NCBI GenBank assembly: GCA_051003195.1
Contig: JBPCLP010000019.1
Coordinates: 1 to 64,000, forward strand
DNA length: 64,000 nucleotides
Reading direction: 5' to 3'
Source: Candidatus Sumerlaeaceae bacterium
GTDB taxonomy: Bacteria; Sumerlaeota; Sumerlaeia; Sumerlaeales; Sumerlaeaceae
Below the pieces are notes generated by a model that saw only the letters and a list, made by a program, of their open reading frames with translations, made no database searches and was not told where the DNA came from. The position numbers and the translations under genes are program-made. Shown piece after piece: positions 1 to 9,627 of the stretch. Every line of letters starts with the position of its first letter. The first letter of the stretch is position 1.

Positions 1-349
1 TGGCCGCGACCGTGGTGAGGGTTTGCAGCTCGGTGCCCGTGTAAATAGCCAGCACCGTATCAAAATTGCTTCCCATGGTAGTGAAGTTCACGGTGGAGGT
101 TACTGCTGGAGTATAGCTCCACCACAGAGATTTGCCGGCGGGACTGTAAGGCCCGCCGTGAGAAGGCTCACCCGTTTCGGCTGTTGCCAGAACGTTGCTG
201 TCCGCCAAACTGCCATCTGAAACGGACAGTATGGCAGCATTCTGAAAGTTATCGTTCGCAGGAGCGCCGTGTGCCAGTGCGGAAGCCGCTAACATTGTTG
301 CAAACATTGCAACCCTCGTGCTGGAGTTGAACTGTCTGGTGGTTGCCAT
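1..349 (-). CDS. Secreted protein, N-terminal part (runs off the window start), with a PANDNF-type / PPC-like extracellular domain
   Basis: My translation from ATG at 349 (RBS GAGG upstream): MATTRQFNSSTRVAMFATMLAASALAHGAPANDNFQNAAIL...ATAETGEPSHGG...KSLWWSYTP...GSNFDTVLAIYTG. Signal peptide, open frame to position 1. Not in the ORF track. Confidence 0.8.
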   Translation of the reverse strand, partial: MATTRQFNSSTRVAMFATMLAASALAHGAPANDNFQNAAILSVSDGSLADSNVLATAETGEPSHGGPYSPAGKSLWWSYTPAVTSTVNFTTMGSNFDTVLAIYTGTELQTLTTVAA

Positions 350-523
350 CGTAGTTTCCTCTTCGTGTGGTTTGATCTTACAAGGAGGATATACGACATG
401 CAGTCACTGCTACTTATCAGGTTATCTCACGAGATGGCGTAAGGGAATGGCGTTGACCGATGTCAGGAAACCACTACTCCAGTCACGCGCCGCGTGACAA
501 ATCCAAACAACAGAGGAGCAGAT

Positions 524-2149
524 ATGAACGCACCGGAGTCGACGCATTTGCCGGCGCCTGAGGCCAGGAGGATACTGGTTGTGGATGCACGCGCATCGAC
601 ACGAACGCAACTTGGTGGAATGCTGCAATCTCAAGGTTTTAGCGTGATAGAGGCTTCGGACGGCGTGGAAGCATTGCAGGTCCTCAGTAACCAGGCCGTC
701 AACGCCGTCATTTCTGCAATCTTAATGCCGCGCATCGACGGCTATCAATTACTGAGAAGAATCCGCGCGACAGAGTCGCTTTGGCGCCTGCCCGTCTTAA
801 TATATACGTCCGTCTTTGCCACTGCCGAGGACGTCGAGCTTGCCTTCAAACTCGGAGCTGATGAGGTGCTGGAAAGGCCCGTACCTGACGCGACTATTGT
901 TGCTGTGCTGCAGAGGTTTTTCACCGATCCACTATATCTGCGTGAGCGATCGGGCCAGAAGAGCTCCCCAACTGATCTGCGCGAATTCACGGTGGATTAC
1001 AGCACTCGGCTGGTTGGAAAACTAGTTGAGAAAAGCGAAGGACTACTTGCTGCGCAAAATGGTCTAAACCTCCTCAACAAGATGCTTGTAGCGCAGGCCG
1101 CGCAACTCCGGGAGAGTGAGCAGCGCTTCCGGCAGTTGGCTGAACACATTCGCGAGGTTTTCTGGGTCGCGACGTGCGAGCCCTTAGCCTTTTCCTATAT
1201 CAGTCCAGCGTGGGAACATACATGGGGGATGGGTGCGTCGGATTCCGTTGTAGATATGGAAGATTGGCTTGATCGAATACACTCTGAAGATCGGCAGCGT
1301 GTGAGGAAGGCAATTGAGAATCGAGCGGTTTCTGGCGCGTACGAACAGGAATACCGCATTGTGCGGCCTGACGGAACAATCATATTTATCTTCGACAGAG
1401 GTTTTCCGGTTTCGGGTAGCAGCCCTTCCTGTCAGCGGTTTGTTGGCATTGCCGAGGACATTACACGGCAAAAACAAGTTACCGAACAGCTGGTAGAATC
1501 ACGGGAAGAACTTCGAGCTCTAGCAATAAAACTGCAGTACGCCAGGGAAGCTGAACGCGAGGCCATTGCGCGTGAAATCCACGATCAACTTGGCCAGCAA
1601 CTTACAGGGTTTCAGATGGACCTGCAGTGGATACTAAAGAGATTGCAGCCGGATCAGAAGGAGCTGAGTGAGAAGGTGCGTTCGATGGTCGCACTTGTTG
1701 ATCAAACCGTTGAAACCGTGCAGAAACTCTCGTTCGATATGCGCCCGAGCATCCTGGATGATCTTGGGCTGATTAGTACAATAGAGTGGCAGGCTGCAGA
1801 GTTTCAAAAGCGAACCGAAATCCGATGTGTTATGAAGAAGAACCTCTCGGAACTTTCCCTTACTTCAGATTTATCCACGGCTATTTTCCGAATCCTGGAG
1901 GAATGCCTGACAAATGTGGCGCGTCATTCCAGGGCGACACAGGCGGAGATCACCCTAACAAAGAAGCATCAAAAGTTTGTAATGGAAATAAGAGATAATG
2001 GTGTTGGCATTCAGGATCCCTCGCTCATGCAGCGCCCGTCACTCGGGCTGCTCGGAATGCGCGAGCGTGCTGCGGCATTTGGAGGGAAAATAGAATTTAA
2101 TCGCATTCCTTCGGGCGGGACTAAAGTGCTGTTAACAATGCCAATTTAG
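524..2149 (+). CDS. Hybrid sensor: degenerate REC + PAS + HisKA_3/HATPase histidine kinase
   Basis: IAREIHDQLGQ H-box, ECLTNVARHS N-box, DNGVG, GLLGMRER. AGGAG RBS before ATG 524. Confidence 0.9.
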   Translation: MNAPESTHLPAPEARRILVVDARASTRTQLGGMLQSQGFSVIEASDGVEALQVLSNQAVNAVISAILMPRIDGYQLLRRIRATESLWRLPVLIYTSVFATAEDVELAFKLGADEVLERPVPDATIVAVLQRFFTDPLYLRERSGQKSSPTDLREFTVDYSTRLVGKLVEKSEGLLAAQNGLNLLNKMLVAQAAQLRESEQRFRQLAEHIREVFWVATCEPLAFSYISPAWEHTWGMGASDSVVDMEDWLDRIHSEDRQRVRKAIENRAVSGAYEQEYRIVRPDGTIIFIFDRGFPVSGSSPSCQRFVGIAEDITRQKQVTEQLVESREELRALAIKLQYAREAEREAIAREIHDQLGQQLTGFQMDLQWILKRLQPDQKELSEKVRSMVALVDQTVETVQKLSFDMRPSILDDLGLISTIEWQAAEFQKRTEIRCVMKKNLSELSLTSDLSTAIFRILEECLTNVARHSRATQAEITLTKKHQKFVMEIRDNGVGIQDPSLMQRPSLGLLGMRERAAAFGGKIEFNRIPSGGTKVLLTMPI

Positions 2150-2171
2150 CGTGTAACAGGAAGGACCGGCG

Positions 2172-2807
2172 CTACATGTCGACCAAATCGTTTCGGATAG
2201 CGTAGGTAATCACCTCCGCGTTGGTTTTGAACTTTAGCTTTTGCATGATTCGGCTTCGGTAGGTGCTGATCGTCTTCTCACTTAAAGAAAGCTCCTTGGC
2301 GATATCGCAAAGTGGCCGCCCCTCAGCGAGCTTCTTAAAGACCTCGTATTCCCGATTGGAAAGCAGTTCATGACCCAGTTTGCCTGATTCCTCGCCGACC
2401 TCACTTGCCAGTTGTTGCGCAAGTTGAGCGCTTACGTACTTCCCGCCCTTAATGATTCTCTTTATAGCCACCACCAACTCATCCGTGGCGCTGCGCTTCA
2501 TAAGATATCCTGAGGCGCCGGCTTTAAGCGCCCTTGTCGCGTAAAGCGACTCCGGATGCATACTCAAAATCAAAACCGGAAGCTTTGGATACCTTGCCTT
2601 AATCTCCACCAACGTCTCTAAACCGCCGCGGCCAGGCATACTGATGTCCAGGACAACGGCATCCCATTTTCCATGGGCGAGCAATTGCAACACTTGCTGA
2701 CTCGTCTCCGCCTCGCCTGCGACTTGAAACTCGGGATATTCAGCCAGAATCTGCTTAACACCTTGCCGTACAATGGGATGATCGTCTACTATGAGTATCC
2801 GCCACAT
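2172..2807 (-). CDS. NarL/LuxR-family response regulator (REC + LuxR HTH)
   Basis: ILIVDDHPIVRQG, LDISMPG, LSNREYEV...LSEKTISTYRSRIMQKL. GAGG RBS 9 nt before ATG 2807. Confidence 0.93.
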   Translation of the reverse strand: MWRILIVDDHPIVRQGVKQILAEYPEFQVAGEAETSQQVLQLLAHGKWDAVVLDISMPGRGGLETLVEIKARYPKLPVLILSMHPESLYATRALKAGASGYLMKRSATDELVVAIKRIIKGGKYVSAQLAQQLASEVGEESGKLGHELLSNREYEVFKKLAEGRPLCDIAKELSLSEKTISTYRSRIMQKLKFKTNAEVITYAIRNDLVDM

Positions 2808-3252
2808 GGCCGCCATCCTCTCACGCAAAGTTTGGTTCGCGCTGCGTCTTGCCCCAACAGGCGAACACTGAAAGGTGCTGAAGCACAGGGTGTGAACAAG
2901 GTAGTTTGAATGAGTTCTGCATATCACCCACACCGGCCGCAATCCGGGTGCAAATAATTTATTAACTTTCGTCAGTTATAGGGCGCTTGAAGCAAAAGCT
3001 TACCACCAACAGGTTGCCTGGTGAAAGCACGTATTTGATTTCCCTGCACTATTGTCAGGTTCGCAGACGCGCGTTTGGCTGTGAATTCGCAATTTATCAG
3101 CTTAACGAGTATCGCGCGTTGAGTAGTTGCTGGGTTGTGCTGATTCGATAGCAATGGCTTTGACGTTGCATTTCGCCCATAACCACTTCCTGTCACTAGT
3201 CACTAGTCGTTGTAAGTAGTTGTAACTCCAGGAAGAGACGGGGTACAACACC

Positions 3253-5223
3253 ATGAGCAACAGTGCTCAAGAGCAGATCCGCTTCCAGGGCCTGCTCCTT
3301 GATCAGGTTCGCAACGCCGTCATAGCTACCGACCCGGCAGGCGTAATCATATACTGGAACCGTTATGCCGAGACCATATATCAGTGGAAAGAGCACGAAG
3401 TACTGGGCAGGAACATAACCGAAATACTTGTTCCGCCACATAACCGTGAGCAGGCTGAACAGATAATGTCCAAGCTCCCGGAAACAAGCTACTGGGAAGG
3501 CGAGTTCGAGACTCGACGTAAGGATGGAAGCACTTTCCAAGTTTATACAACGACTTCGGTCTTTTACGACGAAAATGGGCATCGGGCAGGTGCTGTTGGA
3601 GTCAGCACCGATTTAACAGAACGCAAAATGATAGCAGCCGAACTGGTCACGCGTAATTTGCAGTTAAGTGAGGCCCAGGCACTGGCGCATCTGGGGACGT
3701 GGGACTGGGATGTGGCCAGCGATCGTATTACGTGGTCGGATGAACTCTATCGGTTATTCGGGGTGCCGCGAGGGGATGTTGAACCAACGAGAGAGGTTTT
3801 CTTTTCGCTGCTCCATCCCGATGATCGGCCACTCGTGCAAACCGCCATCGGCGAGGCGCTTTCAGGCAGAATGCCGTGTAATGTGGAGTTCCGATTACTT
3901 ACATCGGACGGAGCTGTGCGGTTCTTCCATTCCCAGTGCCGGGTGACTTTCGACCACGACAACCGCCCCGTCCGCATGGTCGGAATGGCACAGGATATTA
4001 CTGAGCGAAAACAAGCAGAGATTCAGTTGCTTCGGCAGGCACGGCGCTCTGAAGCAATGCTGCGCACTGCCGCTGGCATGACGCAGCACCTTGAAATCGG
4101 CACCCTGCTCTCAACGATCTGCATACAAGCCGCCGCATCATTGGATGTGCACATAGCCATTATTTACCTGTACGAAAAAACTGGAAACCTTTTACGATAC
4201 GCGGCAGATATCGGAATCACCGAACCACTGAATGGTTCAACGATTTCCTGCGAATTACTTCAGACTGCCCCGGATTGCGGGCAGTTGCCTGCGATACTGG
4301 ATACGCGACATCCCGCGTTCGGTGGAAAGGATAACTCACTTTTCGGGAACCTGGACGTTCAGTCCGTCGTGTTGGCCAGTATGCGCCGCGACGAGAAGCT
4401 CATTGGGGTATTGGGTGTGATGCGCCCCTCGGATGCACCTTCCTTTGATCCCGATGATCTGCAGCTTCTTCAGAGTTTCGCCGATCAGGCTGCACTGGCA
4501 GTAGCTAACGCCCAGTTGTACGATGAGGTTCGCGGAAGCCGGAAGACCCTAAAACGACTTTCGGCTCATCTGATGCAGCATCAGGAAGACGAACGCCGCC
4601 ACATTGCTCGGGAACTTCATGATGAAATGGGCCAGGCACTTACGGCCATAAAGATCAATCTTCAGTTGCTGCAGCAGTACCCGGACCCGGATAATCTTCA
4701 TTCGCGGCTGGGGGATAGTGTTACTGTCGTGGACCGACTTTTCCAGCAGGTCCGCAGCTTGTCTCTTAATCTACATCCACCGCTGCTGGATGACTTCGGA
4801 CTTGAACCTGCACTGGAATGGTTCGTGAGCCAATGCCGGCAAAGTACCAATTTAAAGATAACTTTCACGTGTGATCTCCAGCAGCGTTTTATACCGGCTA
4901 TGGAGATAGCCTGCTTCAGAGTCGCCCAGGAGGCGATCACGAATGTCATCCGTCACGCCAATGCTCAGAAAATAGATGTGAGCCTTCAGCGCAGGCCGGA
5001 ATCGCTCGAACTGGTAATCACGGACGACGGAGTGGGATTCGATGCACAAGCCACTCATGCCCGTGCAGACCAGGGCCTGAGCATGGGCCTGGTAAGTATG
5101 AGCGAACGAGTCGCATTCACCGGCGGCAAGCTGGAGTGGGAGTCCAGCCGCGGCTCAGGCACTGTCGTTCATGCAACTTTTCCTCTTTCAGTCCAGCTGA
5201 GAGGGGGCGGGGCGATGACATGA
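3253..5223 (+). CDS. PAS-PAS-GAF HisKA_3 sensor histidine kinase
   Basis: Two PAS/PAC units, GAF (FADQAALAVANAQLY), IARELHDEMGQ, QEAITNVIRHA, DDGVGF. Confidence 0.92.
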   Translation: MSNSAQEQIRFQGLLLDQVRNAVIATDPAGVIIYWNRYAETIYQWKEHEVLGRNITEILVPPHNREQAEQIMSKLPETSYWEGEFETRRKDGSTFQVYTTTSVFYDENGHRAGAVGVSTDLTERKMIAAELVTRNLQLSEAQALAHLGTWDWDVASDRITWSDELYRLFGVPRGDVEPTREVFFSLLHPDDRPLVQTAIGEALSGRMPCNVEFRLLTSDGAVRFFHSQCRVTFDHDNRPVRMVGMAQDITERKQAEIQLLRQARRSEAMLRTAAGMTQHLEIGTLLSTICIQAAASLDVHIAIIYLYEKTGNLLRYAADIGITEPLNGSTISCELLQTAPDCGQLPAILDTRHPAFGGKDNSLFGNLDVQSVVLASMRRDEKLIGVLGVMRPSDAPSFDPDDLQLLQSFADQAALAVANAQLYDEVRGSRKTLKRLSAHLMQHQEDERRHIARELHDEMGQALTAIKINLQLLQQYPDPDNLHSRLGDSVTVVDRLFQQVRSLSLNLHPPLLDDFGLEPALEWFVSQCRQSTNLKITFTCDLQQRFIPAMEIACFRVAQEAITNVIRHANAQKIDVSLQRRPESLELVITDDGVGFDAQATHARADQGLSMGLVSMSERVAFTGGKLEWESSRGSGTVVHATFPLSVQLRGGGAMT

Positions 5224-5873
5224 AACCCATACGTCTGGTTCTGGCTGATGATCACACACTCGTACGTTCAGGGATTCGGATGCTTTTGAATCATATCAGG
5301 GACGTGGAAGTTGTCGGAGAAGCCCATGACGGGCGGGACGCAATCGCCACTGTCAAAGCACTCAAGCCGGATGTGGTGCTGATGGACATCAGCATGTCCG
5401 GAATGAACGGACTGGAAGCAACCGGTCGAATTGTGAAGGAATTCGCCAACGTGCGCGTCCTTATACTTTCAATGCACAGCGACGAAGCCTATGTCCTGCG
5501 GGCGCTTCGTGCGGGGGCCAGCGGCTATCTCCTCAAAGATGCGGCCTCCTCCGAGCTGGAGTTCGCGTTGCAGACAGTGGCGAAGGGAAAGCAGTATTTG
5601 AGCCCTTCCATATCCAAAGGCGTAATCGATAGTTGTCTGAAGCAGTTACCGGCCGGTTCTGCGGCCGAGGAGAAGCTGACCCCCCGGCAGAGAGAAATTC
5701 TGCAGCTCATTGCAGAGGGCCATTCAACCAAGGAGATAGCCTACCTGCTCAACATCAGCGGGAAAACCGTGGAGACTCATCGGGCACAGCTGATGGCACG
5801 CCTTGATATCAGGGACGTGGCAGGACTTGTGCGATACGCAATGCGCGAAGGCATTATCACGCCGAACGAATAG
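5220..5873 (+). CDS. NarL/LuxR-family response regulator
   Basis: MKPIRLVLADDHTLVRSG, MDISM, LTPRQREIL...KTVETHRAQLM. ATGA overlap with the upstream kinase. Confidence 0.93.
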   Translation: MKPIRLVLADDHTLVRSGIRMLLNHIRDVEVVGEAHDGRDAIATVKALKPDVVLMDISMSGMNGLEATGRIVKEFANVRVLILSMHSDEAYVLRALRAGASGYLLKDAASSELEFALQTVAKGKQYLSPSISKGVIDSCLKQLPAGSAAEEKLTPRQREILQLIAEGHSTKEIAYLLNISGKTVETHRAQLMARLDIRDVAGLVRYAMREGIITPNE

Positions 5874-6104
5874 TCACAATGCAGGTCTTCCTGTGGCCTT
5901 TGACGGGTCGATCTGCACGGGCCTGTTCCACTGGACGCGGCTTCACTGGTGCGATTCTGTTCTCAGGTTCTTAGAGGCCGGAAACAGGGAATCTCCTGAT
6001 AGCGGCAGATTTCATCTGGTGGTATTCATTATCGAGCACGTGCTACTCAGCCCTTTTAACCAAGACCTCGCACGTGCCGATTACCTCAATGAGAGGATGA
6101 TACG

Positions 6105-6377
6105 ATGGTCAGCCAAATTCAGGAGTCTGTATTTAGCAGCCTCGACTTACTTGATCTGGATGGGCGGGACGAGGAAGTGCGGAGCCTCGTTGTCGCACGT
6201 GAGTACAGGACTGCGGCGCTGCTTTGCCTTGATCTGTATAGGGAGACTGTGCCGTTGGCAAAGTATACAGGGGCAGAAGATGGCGCGAATATTGAACGGC
6301 AGCGTACCCGGTTGCTCGGACTGATTCGCAACATTTACAAATGCGTGGATGCGGTGCGACCTGCACAATCCGCTTAG
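6105..6377 (+). CDS. Small hypothetical protein (90 aa)
   Basis: GAGAGG RBS upstream, helical-looking sequence, same strand as neighbours. No recognised domain. Confidence 0.5.
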   Translation: MVSQIQESVFSSLDLLDLDGRDEEVRSLVVAREYRTAALLCLDLYRETVPLAKYTGAEDGANIERQRTRLLGLIRNIYKCVDAVRPAQSA

Positions 6378-6718
6378 TTTTGAAAATGTTAGTAAACAAC
6401 TCTCCACTGCGTTAAAGGTACTTTGATTCGGCCGTTCGGCGTGCCTACGCTCGGACCACACTCACGGCTGCCTGCAATTGCTACGAACCGGGCCTAAGCA
6501 ATTACAGTGTTCCCCCTAGGGTTTAGCCCGATAACTACCAGTATTCACCTGCTGTATACCTGCAATGTGATGAAGACCTGGTTGCAACGCAGCAGCAGAA
6601 ACTTACGGCGCTTGGCATGGTGCCGATATTATGATGCATGGTATCGGCGATTCGGTAAGCGTGGTATTTTCCCGGGCCGCATCCATGCAACGACATCCGC
6701 TTTGTCAGGAACCGGTTT

Positions 6719-8644
6719 ATGAAGACATTAATACCCCGAGTAAGTGACGAAGCCGAAACTCCTCTCGCCCTTATGGACGGGCGACGTCACCTTGCCGAGG
6801 AAGCTCTTCGCGAGAGTGAAGAAAGCTACCGCATGCTGCTCGACGGACTTCAGGACCACGCGGTTTTCATGCTGGATCCCCAGGGAACAGTCGTAACCTG
6901 GAATACAGGAGCTCAACGAATTAAAGGATATACCCCCGAGGAAATTATCGGCCGGAACTTCGCATGCTTTTTCCCTAAGGGTGAGATTCAGAGAGGCCGA
7001 CCGGAGGAAGTGTTGCGGCTGACCGCAGCCGGCGGCCGTCACGAGGAACACGGCATTCGCGTGCGAAAGGACGGTTCCCGGTTTCTGGCTCATGTCACGT
7101 TTACGGCTTTGCGCGACGAGCTTGGTGAGCTTCGTGGTTTTTCTGAATTCAGTCACGACCTGAGCGCAAGCAAGGAAGCGGAGGCCAGGTACCGCGGCTT
7201 GCTGGAAGCTGCTCCCGACGCCATGGTCGTCGTAAACCAGGTCGGAGAAATCGTCCTCCTCAATGTCCAGGCCGAGAAGCAGTTTGGTTACAGCCGCGAC
7301 GAGCTCCTCGGGCAGAAAGTTACTAACATCATTCCCGACGGATTTGCAGAACGACTGATAGCCGACGACCTGCGGTCCGCCGCGGATGCACTGGCGCAAC
7401 AGATCGGCACCGGGATAGAGCTGTCAGGCCAGCGTAAGGACGGAAGTGAATTCCCAATCGAAATTATGCTGAGTCCCCTTGAAAGCGCAGATGGAATTCT
7501 GGTCACGGCAGCCATCCGCGATATCAGTGTACGAACGGCGGCCGAGAAACACCTGGCACAGATGGAGAGCAGGTACCGCGGCTTGCTGGAAGCTGCTCCC
7601 GACGCCATGGTCGTCGTAAACCAGGGCGGAGAAATCGTCCTCCTCAATGTCCAGGCCGAGAAGCAGTTCGGTTACAGCCGCGACGAACTGCTCGGGCAGA
7701 AAGTTACTAATATTATTCCCGACGGATTTGCAGAACGACTGATAGCCGACGCACTACGGTCGGAAGAGGACGCGCTTTCTCAGCAGATCGGTACCGGTAT
7801 TGAGCTGAACGGCCATCGCCGGGACGGAACCGAGTTTCCAATCGAGATCATGCTGAGTCCATTGAAAAGCGACGACGAAACCGTCCTGGTCACAGCAGCC
7901 ATTCGAAATATTACCGCCAGAAAACAGACCGAGGCGGAACTTCTCCAGAAAGTCGCTGAGTTAAACCGCTCGAATGAGGAACTGGGCCAGTTTGCCTACA
8001 TAGCTTCGCATGACCTGCAGGAGCCGTTGCGCATGGTTGCGAGTTATACACAACTTCTTTCCAGGCGCTATTCCGGCAAGCTCGATGCCGAGGCCGATGA
8101 GTTTATTGCGTACGCGGTGGACGGGGCCAGCCGAATGCAGCGGCTGATCCAGGATCTGCTGGCATTTTCGCGGGTCGGTACTAAAGGGAAAACTATTATC
8201 GAGACATCGAGTGAAGACGCGCTGCTGCGCGCACTCCGCAATCTATCAAGTGCAATCGGCGAAAGCAATGCGGTCGTGACTCACGACCCGCTTCCATCCG
8301 TCATGGCTGACGCGACACAACTCACCCAGTTGTTTCAGAACCTTGTCGGCAATGCCGTCAAGTACCAGAATCCCGGCATGCCGGAGGTTCATGTGTCTGC
8401 AGTGCGCGACGAGAGCGACAGGTGGAGCTTTTCGGTAAAGGATAACGGCCTTGGAATCGATCCCCAGTATTTCGAAAAGATCTTCGGCATGTTCCAGAGG
8501 CTGCATAAACGGAACGAGTTCGCCGGAACCGGAATCGGCCTGGCCATCTGCAAGAAGATCGTTGAACGACACGGCGGCACCATCTCCGTCGAATCCAGTC
8601 CCGGTGATGGCGCCACATTTCGTTTCGCTTTGGCGGCCGGGTAA
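6719..8644 (+). CDS. 3xPAS HisKA/HATPase sensor kinase (Cph1/BphP-type kinase core, no chromophore domain)
   Basis: FAYIASHDLQEPLRMV H-box, QNLVGNAVKY, DNGLGI, FQRLH, GTGIGLAICKKIVERHGG. Confidence 0.93.
   Translation: MKTLIPRVSDEAETPLALMDGRRHLAEEALRESEESYRMLLDGLQDHAVFMLDPQGTVVTWNTGAQRIKGYTPEEIIGRNFACFFPKGEIQRGRPEEVLRLTAAGGRHEEHGIRVRKDGSRFLAHVTFTALRDELGELRGFSEFSHDLSASKEAEARYRGLLEAAPDAMVVVNQVGEIVLLNVQAEKQFGYSRDELLGQKVTNIIPDGFAERLIADDLRSAADALAQQIGTGIELSGQRKDGSEFPIEIMLSPLESADGILVTAAIRDISVRTAAEKHLAQMESRYRGLLEAAPDAMVVVNQGGEIVLLNVQAEKQFGYSRDELLGQKVTNIIPDGFAERLIADALRSEEDALSQQIGTGIELNGHRRDGTEFPIEIMLSPLKSDDETVLVTAAIRNITARKQTEAELLQKVAELNRSNEELGQFAYIASHDLQEPLRMVASYTQLLSRRYSGKLDAEADEFIAYAVDGASRMQRLIQDLLAFSRVGTKGKTIIETSSEDALLRALRNLSSAIGESNAVVTHDPLPSVMADATQLTQLFQNLVGNAVKYQNPGMPEVHVSAVRDESDRWSFSVKDNGLGIDPQYFEKIFGMFQRLHKRNEFAGTGIGLAICKKIVERHGGTISVESSPGDGATFRFALAAG
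7187..7935 (+). repeat. Intragenic tandem duplication of a PAS domain (period 384 bp / 128 aa)
   Basis: aggtaccgcggcttgctggaagctgctcccgacgccatgg... at 7187 and again at 7571. The first ~180 bp are nearly identical. Confidence 0.9.
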
Positions 8645-8679
8645 ACCCGAACAAATGAAAGTAACAGGAGGATAAACTG

Positions 8680-9129
8680 ATGCCGCTACAGGTGTTGTTA
8701 GTGGAAGACAGTCCAGGCGATATTCGCCTGACCCAGGAAGCATTTCGTGATGCAAAGACGTCGATCAACCTGCACGTGGCGACTGACGGAGTCGAGGCGA
8801 TGGCTTTTCTCAGGCGTGAAGGAACGCAGAGCGATGCGCCACGACCGGATTTTATACTACTGGACCTCAACCTGCCCAGGATGGACGGGCGACAAGTCCT
8901 GAGTGAAATTAAAGCGGATGAAAGTTTGCGCATGATTCCGACCGTAATTCTCACCACATCCGACGCGGAAGCGGACATCGTGAAAAGCTACCAGCTTCAG
9001 GCGAACTGCTATCTGTGCAAGCCTGTCCAGCTCGACGAATTTGAAGGACTTGTTAAAAGCATCAACGATTTCTGGCTGACCCAAGCCAAACTGCCGCAGC
9101 AGCTTGAAGCCGCCGCCGGGCGGCCGTGA
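8680..9129 (+). CDS. Single-domain response regulator, Rcp1-like
   Basis: VLLVEDSPGD, PRPDFILLDLNLPRMDG, VILTTS, ANCYLCKP. AGGAGG RBS. Confidence 0.92.
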   Translation: MPLQVLLVEDSPGDIRLTQEAFRDAKTSINLHVATDGVEAMAFLRREGTQSDAPRPDFILLDLNLPRMDGRQVLSEIKADESLRMIPTVILTTSDAEADIVKSYQLQANCYLCKPVQLDEFEGLVKSINDFWLTQAKLPQQLEAAAGRP

Positions 9130-9165
9130 ATAACACAGGAACTACCGGAAAGAGAGCATGGGATT

Positions 9166-9627
9166 ATGAGCATCAATGGACGACATTCCGTACCAATACA
9201 ATTATTACTTGTTGAAGACAATCCGGCGGACGTTCGCCTAACTAAGGAAGCAATTCGCGAAGCCGACGTTCACGTCGAGCTGCACATGGCCTGTGACGGT
9301 GCCGAGGCCCTCGCTTTTCTCAGGCATGAGGGGGTGCATGCGAATGCCCCACGCCCGGATATCATCCTTCTGGACCTCAACCTTCCCAAGATGCACGGAT
9401 GCGACGTGCTGGCACATATCAAATCCAGTGAGCGCCTCAAGACAATCCCGACCGTCATTCTCACCAATTCCGAGGTGGAAGCGGACATCGTAAAAACCTA
9501 TGAACTCCAGGCAACCTGTTACCTGAGTAAGCCCGTCCAGGTCGAGGCTATACAGGCCCTCATTAAGTGTCTTGATGAGCTCCCGGGGAACGCCGTGTCC
9601 TTGCCGATGCAAACAGCAGTGCGATGA
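9166..9627 (+). CDS. Second single-domain response regulator, Rcp1-like
   Basis: LLLVEDNPAD, PRPDIILLDLNLPKMHG, YLSKP. Paralogue of the preceding gene. Confidence 0.9.
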   Translation: MSINGRHSVPIQLLLVEDNPADVRLTKEAIREADVHVELHMACDGAEALAFLRHEGVHANAPRPDIILLDLNLPKMHGCDVLAHIKSSERLKTIPTVILTNSEVEADIVKTYELQATCYLSKPVQVEAIQALIKCLDELPGNAVSLPMQTAVR

